A stretch of DNA of 64,000 nt from a bacterium (GTDB lineage: Bacteria; Patescibacteriota; Microgenomatia; Daviesbacterales; UBA10151), in NCBI GenBank assembly GCA_021786105.1, contig JAJYNW010000010.1:35330-99329 (forward strand), in the 5' to 3' direction. The notes beneath the pieces were generated by a model. The model made no database searches. It saw only the letters and a list, made by a program, of their open reading frames with translations, and was not told the DNA's origin. A program made the translations under genes and the position numbers. Shown here piece after piece: positions 17,938-30,122 of this stretch (position 1 is its first letter; every line of letters begins with the position of its first letter).

Positions 17938-20707
17938 AGTACAAACAATAGGGCAACAAAACATTAAAGTTTATCGACTAGAGGGAATATTAGAAAAAGA
18001 CGCCAAAATTTTGGCTGAAAAATTACTATCGGAATCAATCAACCAAAGGTATGCAATTAACCGTCCAATCCACCTCGAAGGAGTTAAAGCCCACCTTCGA
18101 GGTGTGGCTGTAATAGAAATTGCTTATAAACCAGGGGTCATGAACCCGGAAGTAACATCGATTATGAAAGCTGCTTCTGATTTGGGGATTAAACTAATTG
18201 CCTGCGATAGCTCCATGGAGTACCTTAATAAAAAGGTTTCCTTTAATCCTTTAATAGAACATATAGTGACAGAAGAACCGCAAACACTTTTAATCAAAGA
18301 AAAACAAAGTCAAACTCAAATAATCCCAATCAGAAATCTTAATGATAAAGAGCTTTTGGATTTATCCAAAGATAAACTTTTCTTAAATTTGGAAGAAATG
18401 CAAACCATCCAAAAATATTTTCAAAAAATCAACAGAGATCCGACTGATTTAGAACTGGAAACTTTAGCTCAAACTTGGAGCGAGCACTCCGGTCATAAAA
18501 CTTTTAAAGCGAAATTAATTGTCGACGGCAAAGAAAAAGAACCGCTAATCCAAAGGATCAAAAAAGAGGCTTTGAAACATAATAAAAATATTGTGTCAGC
18601 ATTTGAGGATAATTCCGGGGTGATGGATTTTTATGATGGTTTCGGAATTTGCGGCAAAGTGGAAACCCACAATGCTCCGTCAGCTATTGAACCATATGGC
18701 GGGGCAATGACCGGTTCGGGTGGGGTGTTTCGCGATATCGCGGCAACCGGAAAAGGCGCAAAAAATATAGCCTCAACCGATATCTTTTGTTTTGCGCCGG
18801 TTGATTTACCTATTGAGAAATTACCTCAAGGTTGTTTGCCGCCGGAATATTTATTAAAAAGGGTGGTAGCCGGAGTGAGGGATTACGGGAATAGAATGGG
18901 AATTTCGACTAATAACGGATCAGTGCATTTCCAGGAAGATTTTCGGGCCAGACCAACAGTGATTGTGGGGGCATACGGCATAGTGCCGAAAAAATATGCT
19001 TTAAAAGACAAGCCGAAAATTGGAGATTTGATAATTTGTGTGGGCGGGCGGACAGGCAGGGATGGAATTCACGGAGCCACTTTTTCTTCCGGTGAAATGA
19101 CTGAACGGACAATTGAAGTGCATTCTTCAGCGGTGCAAATTGGCAATGCCATTGAGGAAAAAAGAATGTTTGATGCGCTCTTGGAAGCTAGAGACAGAGA
19201 TTTAATCAGGTTGATACAGGATGTCGGTGGTGGAGGATTCTCGTCAGCTGTCGGTGAAATTGGAGAAAGTTTAGGGGTATCAGTTGATATTAAAAATGCG
19301 CCGTTAAAATACCAGGGTTTAGCACCTTGGGAAATTTGGGTGTCAGAGTCCCAGGAAAGAATGGTGGTGGTTTTAGAGGAAAAGAATCTGGAAGGATTTA
19401 AAGACCTTTGCAAAAAACATAACGTGGAGATGGCAGTTTTAGGAAAGTTTGATGGCAGTAAAAAATTAAACGTGACTTTTGGAGAGGAAGTTGTCGGCGA
19501 TTTAGATATGCATTTTTTGCATAAAGGGTTACCGAAAAGAATTCTTAAAGCCACCTCTCCTGTCATTCTGAGCACAGCGAAGAATCTCGAGATTAATGAA
19601 TTTAGAGATCCTTCACTAATCGTTCAGGATGACAAAATTGAAGAGCCAAAAACAGAAAAAGAATGGATTGAAGTTTTGAAAAAGGTTTTGGGTCACGGTA
19701 ATGTTTGTTCAAAAGAGCCAATTGTCCGGATGTATGACCATTCGGTCCAGGGGACTAATGATTTGCAGCCCTTTTCCGGTGTAACTTTAGACGGGCCAAA
19801 TGATTCTCCGGTTTTGCGGCCATTCTTGGATAAAAAATATGGCATGGTAATTTCTCATGGATTAAATCCGATACTAAATAATATTGATCCATATTGGGGG
19901 AGTATTTGGGCAGCAACAGAAAGCTTATCAAATTTTGTGGCAGTGGGAGGAGACTATAAAGAAGCTTGTCTGATAAATAATTATATTTGGCCGTTTCCGG
20001 ATGAGGAATCACTTTGGTCATTGGATAGATCTGTTGATGCAGTAGTAGATTTTATGAAAGTTTTCCAAATCCCGGTAATTTCAGGCAAGGATAGTTTGTC
20101 CTCAACTTACCGGGCAGCAAACGGCACGATTATTAAAATTCCCCCAACACTTTGTATGTCAGTTTTTGGCAGAATTCTTGATGTCGATAAAACTGTCACT
20201 GCTGATTTTAAGAAAGTTGGTTCAACAATTTTGTTGGTAGGAAAAACGGATAAAAGTTTAGGCGGATCCATATATTATCAAGTAAATAATTTAGAAGGAA
20301 ATTCTTTGCCGAAAGTAGATTTGAAATTATTGTCAGAAGTTTTTACAGCAGTTAATAACGCAATAACAAATGGAAAAGCATTAGCAGTTCACGATGTATC
20401 AGAAGGGGGAATAATTTCTACAATCTTTGAAATGTGTGTGGGCGGAGGGATGGGGGCAGATATCCACCTCGAAGGAGTCAAAGCCCACCTTCGAGGTGAT
20501 CAGATTTTGTTTAACGAAACTGCAGGGTGTTTTATTGTTGAGGTGGAAAACAAAAAAGTCGCTGAGCGACTTTTTAAAAATATTCCTTATCACATCTTAG
20601 GAGAAACAAAAGTAGATCAAAAAATAGAAGTAAAAAATCTGTTTAAAGCCGACGTTAATGATTTGAAAAAAGCTTGGCAGGAACCAATGAGGAGGTGCTT
20701 CAAATGA
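17921..20707 (+). CDS. purL: FGAM synthase subunit PurL (probable N-terminal PurS-like region)
   Basis: QTWSEHSGHK, KVETHNAPSAIEP, SESQERM, GKDSL, HDVSEGG. Confidence 0.95.
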   Translation: MIQKVRVQTIGQQNIKVYRLEGILEKDAKILAEKLLSESINQRYAINRPIHLEGVKAHLRGVAVIEIAYKPGVMNPEVTSIMKAASDLGIKLIACDSSMEYLNKKVSFNPLIEHIVTEEPQTLLIKEKQSQTQIIPIRNLNDKELLDLSKDKLFLNLEEMQTIQKYFQKINRDPTDLELETLAQTWSEHSGHKTFKAKLIVDGKEKEPLIQRIKKEALKHNKNIVSAFEDNSGVMDFYDGFGICGKVETHNAPSAIEPYGGAMTGSGGVFRDIAATGKGAKNIASTDIFCFAPVDLPIEKLPQGCLPPEYLLKRVVAGVRDYGNRMGISTNNGSVHFQEDFRARPTVIVGAYGIVPKKYALKDKPKIGDLIICVGGRTGRDGIHGATFSSGEMTERTIEVHSSAVQIGNAIEEKRMFDALLEARDRDLIRLIQDVGGGGFSSAVGEIGESLGVSVDIKNAPLKYQGLAPWEIWVSESQERMVVVLEEKNLEGFKDLCKKHNVEMAVLGKFDGSKKLNVTFGEEVVGDLDMHFLHKGLPKRILKATSPVILSTAKNLEINEFRDPSLIVQDDKIEEPKTEKEWIEVLKKVLGHGNVCSKEPIVRMYDHSVQGTNDLQPFSGVTLDGPNDSPVLRPFLDKKYGMVISHGLNPILNNIDPYWGSIWAATESLSNFVAVGGDYKEACLINNYIWPFPDEESLWSLDRSVDAVVDFMKVFQIPVISGKDSLSSTYRAANGTIIKIPPTLCMSVFGRILDVDKTVTADFKKVGSTILLVGKTDKSLGGSIYYQVNNLEGNSLPKVDLKLLSEVFTAVNNAITNGKALAVHDVSEGGIISTIFEMCVGGGMGADIHLEGVKAHLRGDQILFNETAGCFIVEVENKKVAERLFKNIPYHILGETKVDQKIEVKNLFKADVNDLKKAWQEPMRRCFK
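18068..18104 (+). repeat. 37-nt hairpin repeat in frame in purL (copy 1)
   Basis: ATCCACCTCGAAGGAGTTAAAGCCCACCTTCGAGGTG, 11-bp perfect stem, encodes IHLEGVKAHLRG. Confidence 0.9.
19561..19634. repeat. Full palindromic element in frame in purL
   Basis: TGTCATTCTGAGC..GAAGAATCTC...GAGATCCTTCACTAATCGTTCAGGATGACA; last 31 nt identical to the intergenic copy 27095-27167. Confidence 0.92.
20462..20498 (+). repeat. 37-nt hairpin repeat in frame in purL (copy 2)
   Basis: One mismatch to 18068-18104; same peptide IHLEGVKAHLRG. Confidence 0.9.
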
Positions 20708-21486
20708 GACCAAAAGTTTTAGTTTTAAAAGCAGATGGAACAAACCGGGATGAAGAAATGGCTTTTGCTTTTAAGATTGCAGGTGGGGATCCGAAAATAA
20801 TTCATGTAAACGAATTGCGAAATGGATCAGAGAGAATGGAAAATTTTCAAATTTTGGCTTTACCGGGCGGGTTTGCTTATGGGGATGATATTGTGTCGGG
20901 AAAGATTTTAGCAATTGAATTAACCTCATTTTTTGCAGAAGAACTAAGGAAATTTATTGATAGGAAAGATACGGCAATTTTGGGAATTTGTAATGGATTT
21001 CAAGTTTTGGTCCGAACAGGTTTGCTTCCATTTAGAAATGTGGGAAGAATGGATGTGACTTTGACTAATAATGATTCCGGGCATTTTGAGTGCAGATGGG
21101 TGAAAGTAAAAGTTAATAAAAACAGTAGGTCTAAATTTTTGCGGGGACTTGAGGAGCGAATTATTTGGTATCCGGTGGCACACGGTGAAGGAAAATTCTT
21201 TACAGACAATAAAACTTTAAAAAAAATAGAAGATAATAATTTAGTTGCATTTAGGTATGTTGATAATAATGGGAATCAGACCCAAAATTATCCGGCAAAC
21301 CCTAACGGTTCTTTAAATGCGGTAGTAGGAATTTCTGATGAGACTGGCAGAATTTTAGGAATGATGCCGCATCCGGAGTGTTTTGTGAGAGTTGAGCAGC
21401 ACCCAAACTGGCGGCGTGGTAAAGTTAAAGTAATGGGTTTACCGCTTTTTGAAAATATAGTGGAATTCGTGAAAGGAGTAAAATGA
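20704..21486 (+). CDS. purQ: FGAM synthase glutaminase subunit
   Basis: LPGGFAYGD, GICNGFQ, AHGEG, NPNGS, MMPHPE; ATGA overlap with purL stop. Confidence 0.95.
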   Translation: MRPKVLVLKADGTNRDEEMAFAFKIAGGDPKIIHVNELRNGSERMENFQILALPGGFAYGDDIVSGKILAIELTSFFAEELRKFIDRKDTAILGICNGFQVLVRTGLLPFRNVGRMDVTLTNNDSGHFECRWVKVKVNKNSRSKFLRGLEERIIWYPVAHGEGKFFTDNKTLKKIEDNNLVAFRYVDNNGNQTQNYPANPNGSLNAVVGISDETGRILGMMPHPECFVRVEQHPNWRRGKVKVMGLPLFENIVEFVKGVK

Positions 21487-23018
21487 TAATACTTATTGAT
21501 TTTGGATCACAAACAGCACATTTAATAGCCCGAAGAATTCGGGAGCTAGGGGTAGGGTGTGAAATTGTGGTGCCGTCTGAGGCAGCTGAAACAATAAAGC
21601 AGAAAAAACCGGAAGGAATTATTTTTTCCGGTGGACCCGCTTCAGTTTACGAAGATGATTCTCCAACTATTGAAAAAGAGATTTTTGAACTAGGGATTCC
21701 GATTTTGGGAATTTGTTACGGTCAGCAATTGATGTGCCAGCTTTTAGGGGGAGAGGTAAAGCCAGGATTTAAAAAAGAATATGGACCAGCAGTTCTGGAG
21801 TCAGTGGATCAGCGGATTGGCGAATCAGGGTTATTTCATGGTATTCCAAGCGGGATAACGGTTTGGATGAGCCACGGGGATGAGGTGGTTAAAATCCCGG
21901 CAGGTTTCCAAACTTTTGCTGTGACAAAAACAATCCCACACGCCGTGATTGAAAATAAAGACAAAAAGATTTACGGCATTCAATTTCATCCGGAAGTAGT
22001 CCATACAGAATTTGGTACCGAGATCTTGGAAAACTTTATTAAGATTTGTGGATTAACCCCCAAAAGGTCAGAAATAAATGAAGAGTTTGTTAAAAATATT
22101 ATTGAAGATGTGAAAGATTCGGTGGGGGGCGAAAAAGCAATTTGTGCATTATCCGGAGGTGTTGATTCTTCTGTTGCAGCCCTCTTAGTTTTTAAAGCAA
22201 TTGGTAGGAATTTAACCTCTCTTTATATTGATTCAGGACTCATGAGGGAAGGTGAGACAGATGCTTTGCGACAAGTTTTTTCCAAACATTATGACATGAA
22301 TATAAAAGTAATAGATGCAAAAGAAGAATTTTTAAAGAATCTAAAAGAAGTTACAGATCCAGAGCAAAAAAGAAAAATAATTGGTAAAATTTTTATTGAA
22401 GTTTTTGAAAAAGCTGCCAAAGAAAATGGGGCCAAGTTTTTAGTCCAGGGAACAATTTATCCGGATGTAATCGAAAGTGCTGGCACCAAACATGCTAAAG
22501 TCATTAAATCCCACCATAACGTTGGTGGATTACCGGAAAATATGAATTTGGTTTTAATAGAACCACTCCGGAATTTTTATAAAGATGAAGTAAGAAAAAT
22601 TGGTAAAGTCTTGGGATTGCCTGAGGAAATAATTAACCGGCAGCCTTTTCCGGGACCGGGGCTGGCGGTCAGAATTATCGGTGATGTGACAGAAAAGAAA
22701 TTAGAGATTTTAAGAAAAGCGGATAAGATAATTCAGGAAGAAATCGGAAAAACTGAATGGTCAGAAAAACTTTGGCAAGTGTTTGCGGTATTTACCGGAG
22801 TAAAAACCACCGGAGTTCGGGGAGATGAACGGGCTTATGGGGAAACAATTGCCATTAGGGCAATTGAGGCTCAAGATGCCATGTCAGCCAATTTTGCCAA
22901 ATTACCCTATGAACTTTTAGAAAAAATCTCCACTAGAATTGTGAATGAAGTAAAGGAAGTAAACAGGGTAGTCTACGACATCACCAACAAGCCTCCTGCT
23001 ACCATGGAGTGGGAATAA
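21483..23018 (+). CDS. guaA: GMP synthase (glutamine-hydrolysing)
   Basis: DFGSQ, GICYGQQ, QFHPEV, SGGVDS, KSHHNVGG, KPPATMEWE. Confidence 0.97.
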   Translation: MIILIDFGSQTAHLIARRIRELGVGCEIVVPSEAAETIKQKKPEGIIFSGGPASVYEDDSPTIEKEIFELGIPILGICYGQQLMCQLLGGEVKPGFKKEYGPAVLESVDQRIGESGLFHGIPSGITVWMSHGDEVVKIPAGFQTFAVTKTIPHAVIENKDKKIYGIQFHPEVVHTEFGTEILENFIKICGLTPKRSEINEEFVKNIIEDVKDSVGGEKAICALSGGVDSSVAALLVFKAIGRNLTSLYIDSGLMREGETDALRQVFSKHYDMNIKVIDAKEEFLKNLKEVTDPEQKRKIIGKIFIEVFEKAAKENGAKFLVQGTIYPDVIESAGTKHAKVIKSHHNVGGLPENMNLVLIEPLRNFYKDEVRKIGKVLGLPEEIINRQPFPGPGLAVRIIGDVTEKKLEILRKADKIIQEEIGKTEWSEKLWQVFAVFTGVKTTGVRGDERAYGETIAIRAIEAQDAMSANFAKLPYELLEKISTRIVNEVKEVNRVVYDITNKPPATMEWE

Positions 23019-23045
23019 AGATTGATTCAATGATTCAACTCATAG

Positions 23046-23074
23046 TTGACATCTCTTTTGCCTTATAGTATGAT
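23046..23074 (+). promoter_or_regulatory. Sigma70-type promoter of orphan gene
   Basis: TTGACA 23046-23051, 17 bp, TATGAT 23069-23074; ATG at 23085. Confidence 0.7.
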
Positions 23075-23084
23075 CACAAAAATT

Positions 23085-24985
<1,901 letters not shown>

Positions 24986-24987
24986 TT

Positions 24988-26004
24988 ATGGGAATTAAAA
25001 ATTACACAATTGTAACTTTAGGTTCTCACTCCGCCCTGCAAATTTTAAAAGGGGCAAAAGACGAAGGGTTCAAAACTGCGGTCGTAGCAACTCCCAACAG
25101 AATTCCCCTTTATAAATCTTACCCAAACTTTATTGACGAAATTTTAGAGGTAAAATCCTGGAATGAGTTTCCAAAACTTGAAAGTGAGTTAGTCAAAAGA
25201 AATTGTATTGTTATTCCTCATGGATCCTTTGTGGCATATTTGGGAATGGATGAAAATAAAGAAATGAAAGTGCCTTATTTCGGAAACAAGGCAGTTTTAG
25301 ATTGGGAGGAAAACCGGAAAATGCAAAGGACTTGGATGGAAGAGTCGGGGGTAAAAGTGCCGCATAGATTCAAAAGAGGAGATAAGATAGACCGGCCGGT
25401 GATTGTAAAATCCCATGGGGCCTCTGGTGGAAAAGGCTATTTTACAGCCAGAAACCAAAAAGAATTTGATGAAAAATTAAAGAAATATAATGAGGAAAAA
25501 TTTATGGTTCAAGAATATGTGATCGGAGTACCGCTTTATTTTTCATTTTTCTATTCACCCTTAACAAAAAAAGTAGAAATAATGAGTATTGATAAACGGT
25601 ATGAAACGAACGTTGATTCCTTAGGTAGGATTCCGGCGAAAAACCAGAGAGGGTTAAATATTGAGCCATCCTTTGAGGTGGTGGCAAATATTCCATTGGC
25701 TGTTAGGGAATCAATGTTGGCGGAGGCAGTTTCAATGGCGGAAAGGGTGGTTGAAACTTCCCGGAAACTCATACCGGAGAAAGGCCTTTTTGGACCATTT
25801 TGTCTGGAAACAATTATTACATCAAGTGAGGAAATTTATGTAATTGAAATATCAGCTAGGATTGTTGCCGGAACTAATTTTTTCATAAATGGTTCGCCTT
25901 ATACATATCTTTTGTATGATGAACCGATGTCAACAGGTAGACGGATTGCCAGAGAGATTAAAAATGCAATAAACTTAAATAAATTGAAAGAGGTGTTAGA
26001 TTGA
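24988..26004 (+). CDS. purP: Formate-dependent FAICAR synthetase PurP-like (ATP-grasp, DUF1246/DUF1297)
   Basis: TLGSHSALQILKGAKDEGFKT, IPHGSFVAY, GGKGYF, EISARIVAGTN. Confidence 0.88.
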   Translation: MGIKNYTIVTLGSHSALQILKGAKDEGFKTAVVATPNRIPLYKSYPNFIDEILEVKSWNEFPKLESELVKRNCIVIPHGSFVAYLGMDENKEMKVPYFGNKAVLDWEENRKMQRTWMEESGVKVPHRFKRGDKIDRPVIVKSHGASGGKGYFTARNQKEFDEKLKKYNEEKFMVQEYVIGVPLYFSFFYSPLTKKVEIMSIDKRYETNVDSLGRIPAKNQRGLNIEPSFEVVANIPLAVRESMLAEAVSMAERVVETSRKLIPEKGLFGPFCLETIITSSEEIYVIEISARIVAGTNFFINGSPYTYLLYDEPMSTGRRIAREIKNAINLNKLKEVLD

Positions 26005-27089
26005 TGAATAATTACACAATTGCTGTTTTAGGTTCTCACTCTGCTTTAGACGTTTGCCGGGGTGCAAAAGATTTAGGATTTAGGACTTTAGTGATTTGCA
26101 AAAAGGGAAGAGAAAAAACTTACAAAGATTATTATGCTTCTAATGGCAAATTAGGTTGTGTTGATGAAGTGATTGTGCTGGATGAATTTAAAGATATTTT
26201 AAATAAAGAGATCCAAGAAGAACTCCTTAAAAAAAATTGTATTTTTGTTCCCCACCGGTCTTTTGAAGTTTACATCAATGATTACAATGCGATTGAGAAA
26301 AAATTTAAAGTGCCGATGTTTGGGAACAGGTTCTTATTAAAAGCGGAAGAACGGGGAGTCAAACCAAACCAATATGATTTATTGGATGCGGCCAAAATCC
26401 GCTACCCCAAACAATTTAAAAATCCGGAAAGTATTGACCGGCTTTGTATTGTTAAAGTTTTGGAAAAAGAACGGGGATTTGAAAGGGCATTTTTCTTTGC
26501 CGAATCTTTTGAAGAGTATAAAGTGGGAGTAGCTCATGGATTGGGTCTAGGCAAGTTTACTGAGGAGCAGATAAAAGCAGCAGTGATTGAGGAATTTATT
26601 GTGGGGGTGCAAGTAAATTTTAATTTCTTTTATTCACCAGTAAACAAACGGCTCGAACTAATTGGGACTGATACCAGAAGGCAAACTAATATTGAGGGTT
26701 TAACTAAATTACCATCTATTTACGAAGAAGAGTTAATTAAAAAGATTGGAGTCAAATATGAAGAAGCCGGACATATTGCGGTGACGGTTTTAGAATCACT
26801 TTTGGAAGATGCATTCGCAATGGGGGAAAGATTTGTAGAGGCTACTCAAAAAATGGTTAAGACCGGTGTGATTGGTCCATTTGGTTTGCAAACTATGATT
26901 ACGGCTGGTCCGCCTAAAAAAGAAATAATTGTTTTTGATGTTTCACCCAGAATGCCGGGGAGCCCGGGAATTTTTGCAACTCCGTACGGTAATTATTTAT
27001 ATGGTGAGCATTTATCGATGGGTAAAAGAGTCGCCATGGAAATAAAGGAAGCTTTAGAGAAAGGAGAGTTAGACAAAGTTTTAACTTAA
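26001..27089 (+). CDS. purP: Second PurP-like paralog
   Basis: VLGSHSALDVCRGAKDLGFRT, VPHRSF, ERAFF, DVSPRMPGSP. Confidence 0.82.
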   Translation: MMNNYTIAVLGSHSALDVCRGAKDLGFRTLVICKKGREKTYKDYYASNGKLGCVDEVIVLDEFKDILNKEIQEELLKKNCIFVPHRSFEVYINDYNAIEKKFKVPMFGNRFLLKAEERGVKPNQYDLLDAAKIRYPKQFKNPESIDRLCIVKVLEKERGFERAFFFAESFEEYKVGVAHGLGLGKFTEEQIKAAVIEEFIVGVQVNFNFFYSPVNKRLELIGTDTRRQTNIEGLTKLPSIYEEELIKKIGVKYEEAGHIAVTVLESLLEDAFAMGERFVEATQKMVKTGVIGPFGLQTMITAGPPKKEIIVFDVSPRMPGSPGIFATPYGNYLYGEHLSMGKRVAMEIKEALEKGELDKVLT

Positions 27090-27094
27090 CATAT

Positions 27095-27167
27095 TGTCAT
27101 TCTGAGGCGTAGCCGAAGAATCTCAAGATTTAGTCCAGAGATCCTTCACTAATCGTTCAGGATGACA
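27095..27167. repeat. Intergenic full palindromic element
   Basis: TGTCATTCTGAGGCGTAGCCGAAGAATCTC...GAGATCCTTCACTAATCGTTCAGGATGACA, 7 nt before the purH ATG. Confidence 0.92.
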
Positions 27168-27174
27168 GAAACAT

Positions 27175-28713
27175 ATGAAAACTGATAAACGATTCGCCTT
27201 GCTGAGTGTTTATGATAAAACCGGAATTGCTGATTTTGCTAAAGTGCTCCAAAAGTTAGAATATACCATCATTTCCACAGGCGGCACACTAAATGTTCTA
27301 GAAGAAAACGGCGTTAAGGTAATACCGATTGATGAAATTACCGGTAACCCTAGGGATTCGTTTGACGGCCGGATGAAAACCATTAGTTTCCAAATTGAGT
27401 CAGGTATTTTATTTGATAGAAAAAATTTCAAGCATGTGACAGAAGCTAATAAACTGAATGTGCCGCAAATCGATATGGTGGTTTGTAATCTTTACCCGTT
27501 TGAAGAAAAACCCGGTATTGAAACAATTGATGTGGGTGGTCCAACTATGATCAGGGCAGCTGCCAAAAATCATAGCAATGTTTTAGTTGTAGTTAGCCCG
27601 GATGATTATGGATTAGTAGCTGATGCTTTGGAGAAAGGAAAGGTAACTGATAAATTAAGAAAGGAATTAGCATCAAGAGCCTTTTACCATTTATCGTTTT
27701 ATGATTCCCAAATTGGCAACTTTTTCTCTGATAAAAAATTTCCTAAGGAATTAACAGTACCACTTAGAAGATTAAGCGTTTTGCGGTATGGGGAAAACCC
27801 GCACCAGGCCGGTGCTTTATATTTAATGCCAAAGGCTAATTCTCCTTTAGGTAAATTGAAACATCTTTGGGGTAGGGAATTATCCGGTACAAATATCGGA
27901 GATATCTATACCGGCTTGGAAACTGTTAGGCAATTTAGCGAACCGGCGGCAGCAGTGATGAAACATTTGAGTCCTTGCGGGATAGCTACCGGTAAGACGG
28001 CCGAAGAAGCATTAGACAGAGCAGTAAAAGCAGATCCGGTTTCCGCCTTTGGCGGGGTAGTTGTTTTGAATAAACCAATGGACTTGAAGGCGGCCAAAAT
28101 TATTGCCACTTTTAAAAACGAAAAAGAAGGTAATACGGATATCGTGGCAGTGCCGGAAATTTCTGCAGATGCTTTGGAGCTTTTGAAAAAAGTTAGAAAA
28201 ACTATGGGAGTTTATACCTTTGGTAAGATTCCTGCAAACAGGACTGAAAATTGGGATTTGAAATATTTTGCCGGGGCAGTACTGTTGCAGGATTATGATG
28301 ATAATGTAGAAAAAAGTTTTGCTAGTTGGAAAGTCGTGACTAAGAAAAAGCCAACTCAAAAACAGCTGGAGCTAATGCATTTTGGTTTTAAGGCAGTAAA
28401 GGCGGTTAAATCAAATTCTGTTTTGGTGGTGGATAAAAATATCCCAATGACGCGAGGAATTGGTTCCGGACAAACTTCCCGGATTGGAGCTACTAAAATT
28501 GCTTTGGAACAAGCCGGGGATTTGGCCAAAAGTGGTATTCTAATAAGTGACAGCTTTTTTCCGTTTGATGATAGCGTTAAGATGGCGGTGAAATTTGGCA
28601 TTGGGGTAATCGCGGAACAGGGCGGATCGATAAATGACCAGATGTCCGTGATAGCTGCTGATGAGGCTGGTATTGCAATGGTGTTTACCGGAAGGAGGGC
28701 ATTCAGACACTAA
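27175..28713 (+). CDS. purH: Bifunctional AICAR transformylase/IMP cyclohydrolase
   Basis: ALLSVYDKTG, STGGT, IDVGGPTMIRAAAKN, LRYGENPHQ, FTGRRAFRH. Confidence 0.93.
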   Translation: MKTDKRFALLSVYDKTGIADFAKVLQKLEYTIISTGGTLNVLEENGVKVIPIDEITGNPRDSFDGRMKTISFQIESGILFDRKNFKHVTEANKLNVPQIDMVVCNLYPFEEKPGIETIDVGGPTMIRAAAKNHSNVLVVVSPDDYGLVADALEKGKVTDKLRKELASRAFYHLSFYDSQIGNFFSDKKFPKELTVPLRRLSVLRYGENPHQAGALYLMPKANSPLGKLKHLWGRELSGTNIGDIYTGLETVRQFSEPAAAVMKHLSPCGIATGKTAEEALDRAVKADPVSAFGGVVVLNKPMDLKAAKIIATFKNEKEGNTDIVAVPEISADALELLKKVRKTMGVYTFGKIPANRTENWDLKYFAGAVLLQDYDDNVEKSFASWKVVTKKKPTQKQLELMHFGFKAVKAVKSNSVLVVDKNIPMTRGIGSGQTSRIGATKIALEQAGDLAKSGILISDSFFPFDDSVKMAVKFGIGVIAEQGGSINDQMSVIAADEAGIAMVFTGRRAFRH

Positions 28714-30122
28714 TGGAAAATCAAAAATCAAAAATCAAAAATCAAAAATATGATAGTTATCAAAGCCCATTTTCCTGGAGATATGGCTCAGAAGAAATGA
28801 GAGGAATATTCTCTGAGGAAAATAAATACAAACTTTGGAGAAAAGTTTGGGTAGCATTGGCTCGGGCAGAACATAGGGAAGGTTTGGTATCAAAGGAAGA
28901 ACTGGAAGATTTAGAAAAAAATCAAGATAACATCGATATAGCAAGAATTTGGGAAATTGAAAAAGATACCCGGCATGACGTGGTGGCGGCCATCAGGGAG
29001 TTTTCCGAAAAAGCCAAAATCGGCGGGGGAAAAATCCACCTTGGCGCCACATCAATGGATATTTCTGATAATGCAGAAACGATCAGAATCTTAGAAGCAT
29101 TAGGATTGGTGGAAGATGGGTTAAAAAGACTGCTTAAAACTTTTAGTGCAAAAATAGAGAAATATGCTGATTTTTCTTGTATGGGTTATACGCATTTGCA
29201 GCCGGCAGAACCAACTACTTTGGGTTACCGGTTTGCTTTTTATGCTCAAGATCTTTTGATGGATTTAGAGCTTTTGCAATTTGTTAAAGAGAGCTTAAAA
29301 AGCAAGGGGGTTAAAGGTGCAGTGGGAACTTCAGCCAGTTATGTAAAATTGCTGGATGAGACAAAAGCCAAAGAAATGGAAAATGGAATAATGGAGGAAT
29401 TAGGGGTGGAGGCATTTGAAATTACTAATCAGACAGCTCCCCGAAAGATTGAATTTTGGTTGGGAAGTTTACTTTCCTCAATTGCAGAGAGTCTTAATAA
29501 ATTTGCTTTTGATTTAAGGATTATGCAGTCGCCGGGATTCGGAGAATGGCAGGAATCATTTGGCAGTTCACAGATTGGTTCGTCCGCTATGCCTTTTAAG
29601 AAGAATCCCATTAAGGCTGAACAAATTTGTTCATTGGCGAGGCTGGTGGTTAACCTGTCAAAAACTGCCTGGGATAATGCCGCATATATGCTTTTGGAAA
29701 GGACACTGGATGATTCAGCTAATAGAAGAGTGGTGACTCCGGAAATGTTTTTGGCAGTGGACGAGATGCTAAATTCTTCTATAAAAATTGTTGATGGATT
29801 AATTATTAATGAAAGCAGGATACATAAAAATCTGGAAACCTATTGGCCTTTTTCTGCAACTGAGGGAATTATCCTGGAATCAGTGAAAAAGGGGGCAGAC
29901 CGGCAACAGATGCATGAGATACTCCGGGAGATTTCCATGAAAGCTTGGGAAACTATTTCCGGAGGTAATCCTAATCCAATGGAGAATTTATTAGAAGAGA
30001 ACCCTATTATCAGGCTCTACTTAAAACCAATTGAAGTTGAAGAAATTTTAGATGCCAAAAATCATATTGGAAATGCCAAAGAAAAAGCTTTGAAGATTGC
30101 TGATATAATTAAAAAATTATGA
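28713..30122 (+). CDS. purB: Adenylosuccinate lyase
   Basis: RHDV, HLGATS, THLQPA, GSSAMPFKKNP. Confidence 0.95.
   Translation: MENQKSKIKNQKYDSYQSPFSWRYGSEEMRGIFSEENKYKLWRKVWVALARAEHREGLVSKEELEDLEKNQDNIDIARIWEIEKDTRHDVVAAIREFSEKAKIGGGKIHLGATSMDISDNAETIRILEALGLVEDGLKRLLKTFSAKIEKYADFSCMGYTHLQPAEPTTLGYRFAFYAQDLLMDLELLQFVKESLKSKGVKGAVGTSASYVKLLDETKAKEMENGIMEELGVEAFEITNQTAPRKIEFWLGSLLSSIAESLNKFAFDLRIMQSPGFGEWQESFGSSQIGSSAMPFKKNPIKAEQICSLARLVVNLSKTAWDNAAYMLLERTLDDSANRRVVTPEMFLAVDEMLNSSIKIVDGLIINESRIHKNLETYWPFSATEGIILESVKKGADRQQMHEILREISMKAWETISGGNPNPMENLLEENPIIRLYLKPIEVEEILDAKNHIGNAKEKALKIADIIKKL
28717..28744 (+). repeat. Perfect 7-nt tandem repeat (AAAATCA x4) in the purB 5' end
   Basis: Encodes ENQKSKIKNQK. 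Confidence 0.9.

Noticed and set aside
19561-19634. Intein or intron in purL
   Set aside because: Too short, no splicing motifs, and it matches an intergenic repeat.
27095-27167. tRNA or purine/ZTP riboswitch upstream of purH
   Set aside because: No cloverleaf or recognisable aptamer, and the same sequence occurs inside purL.
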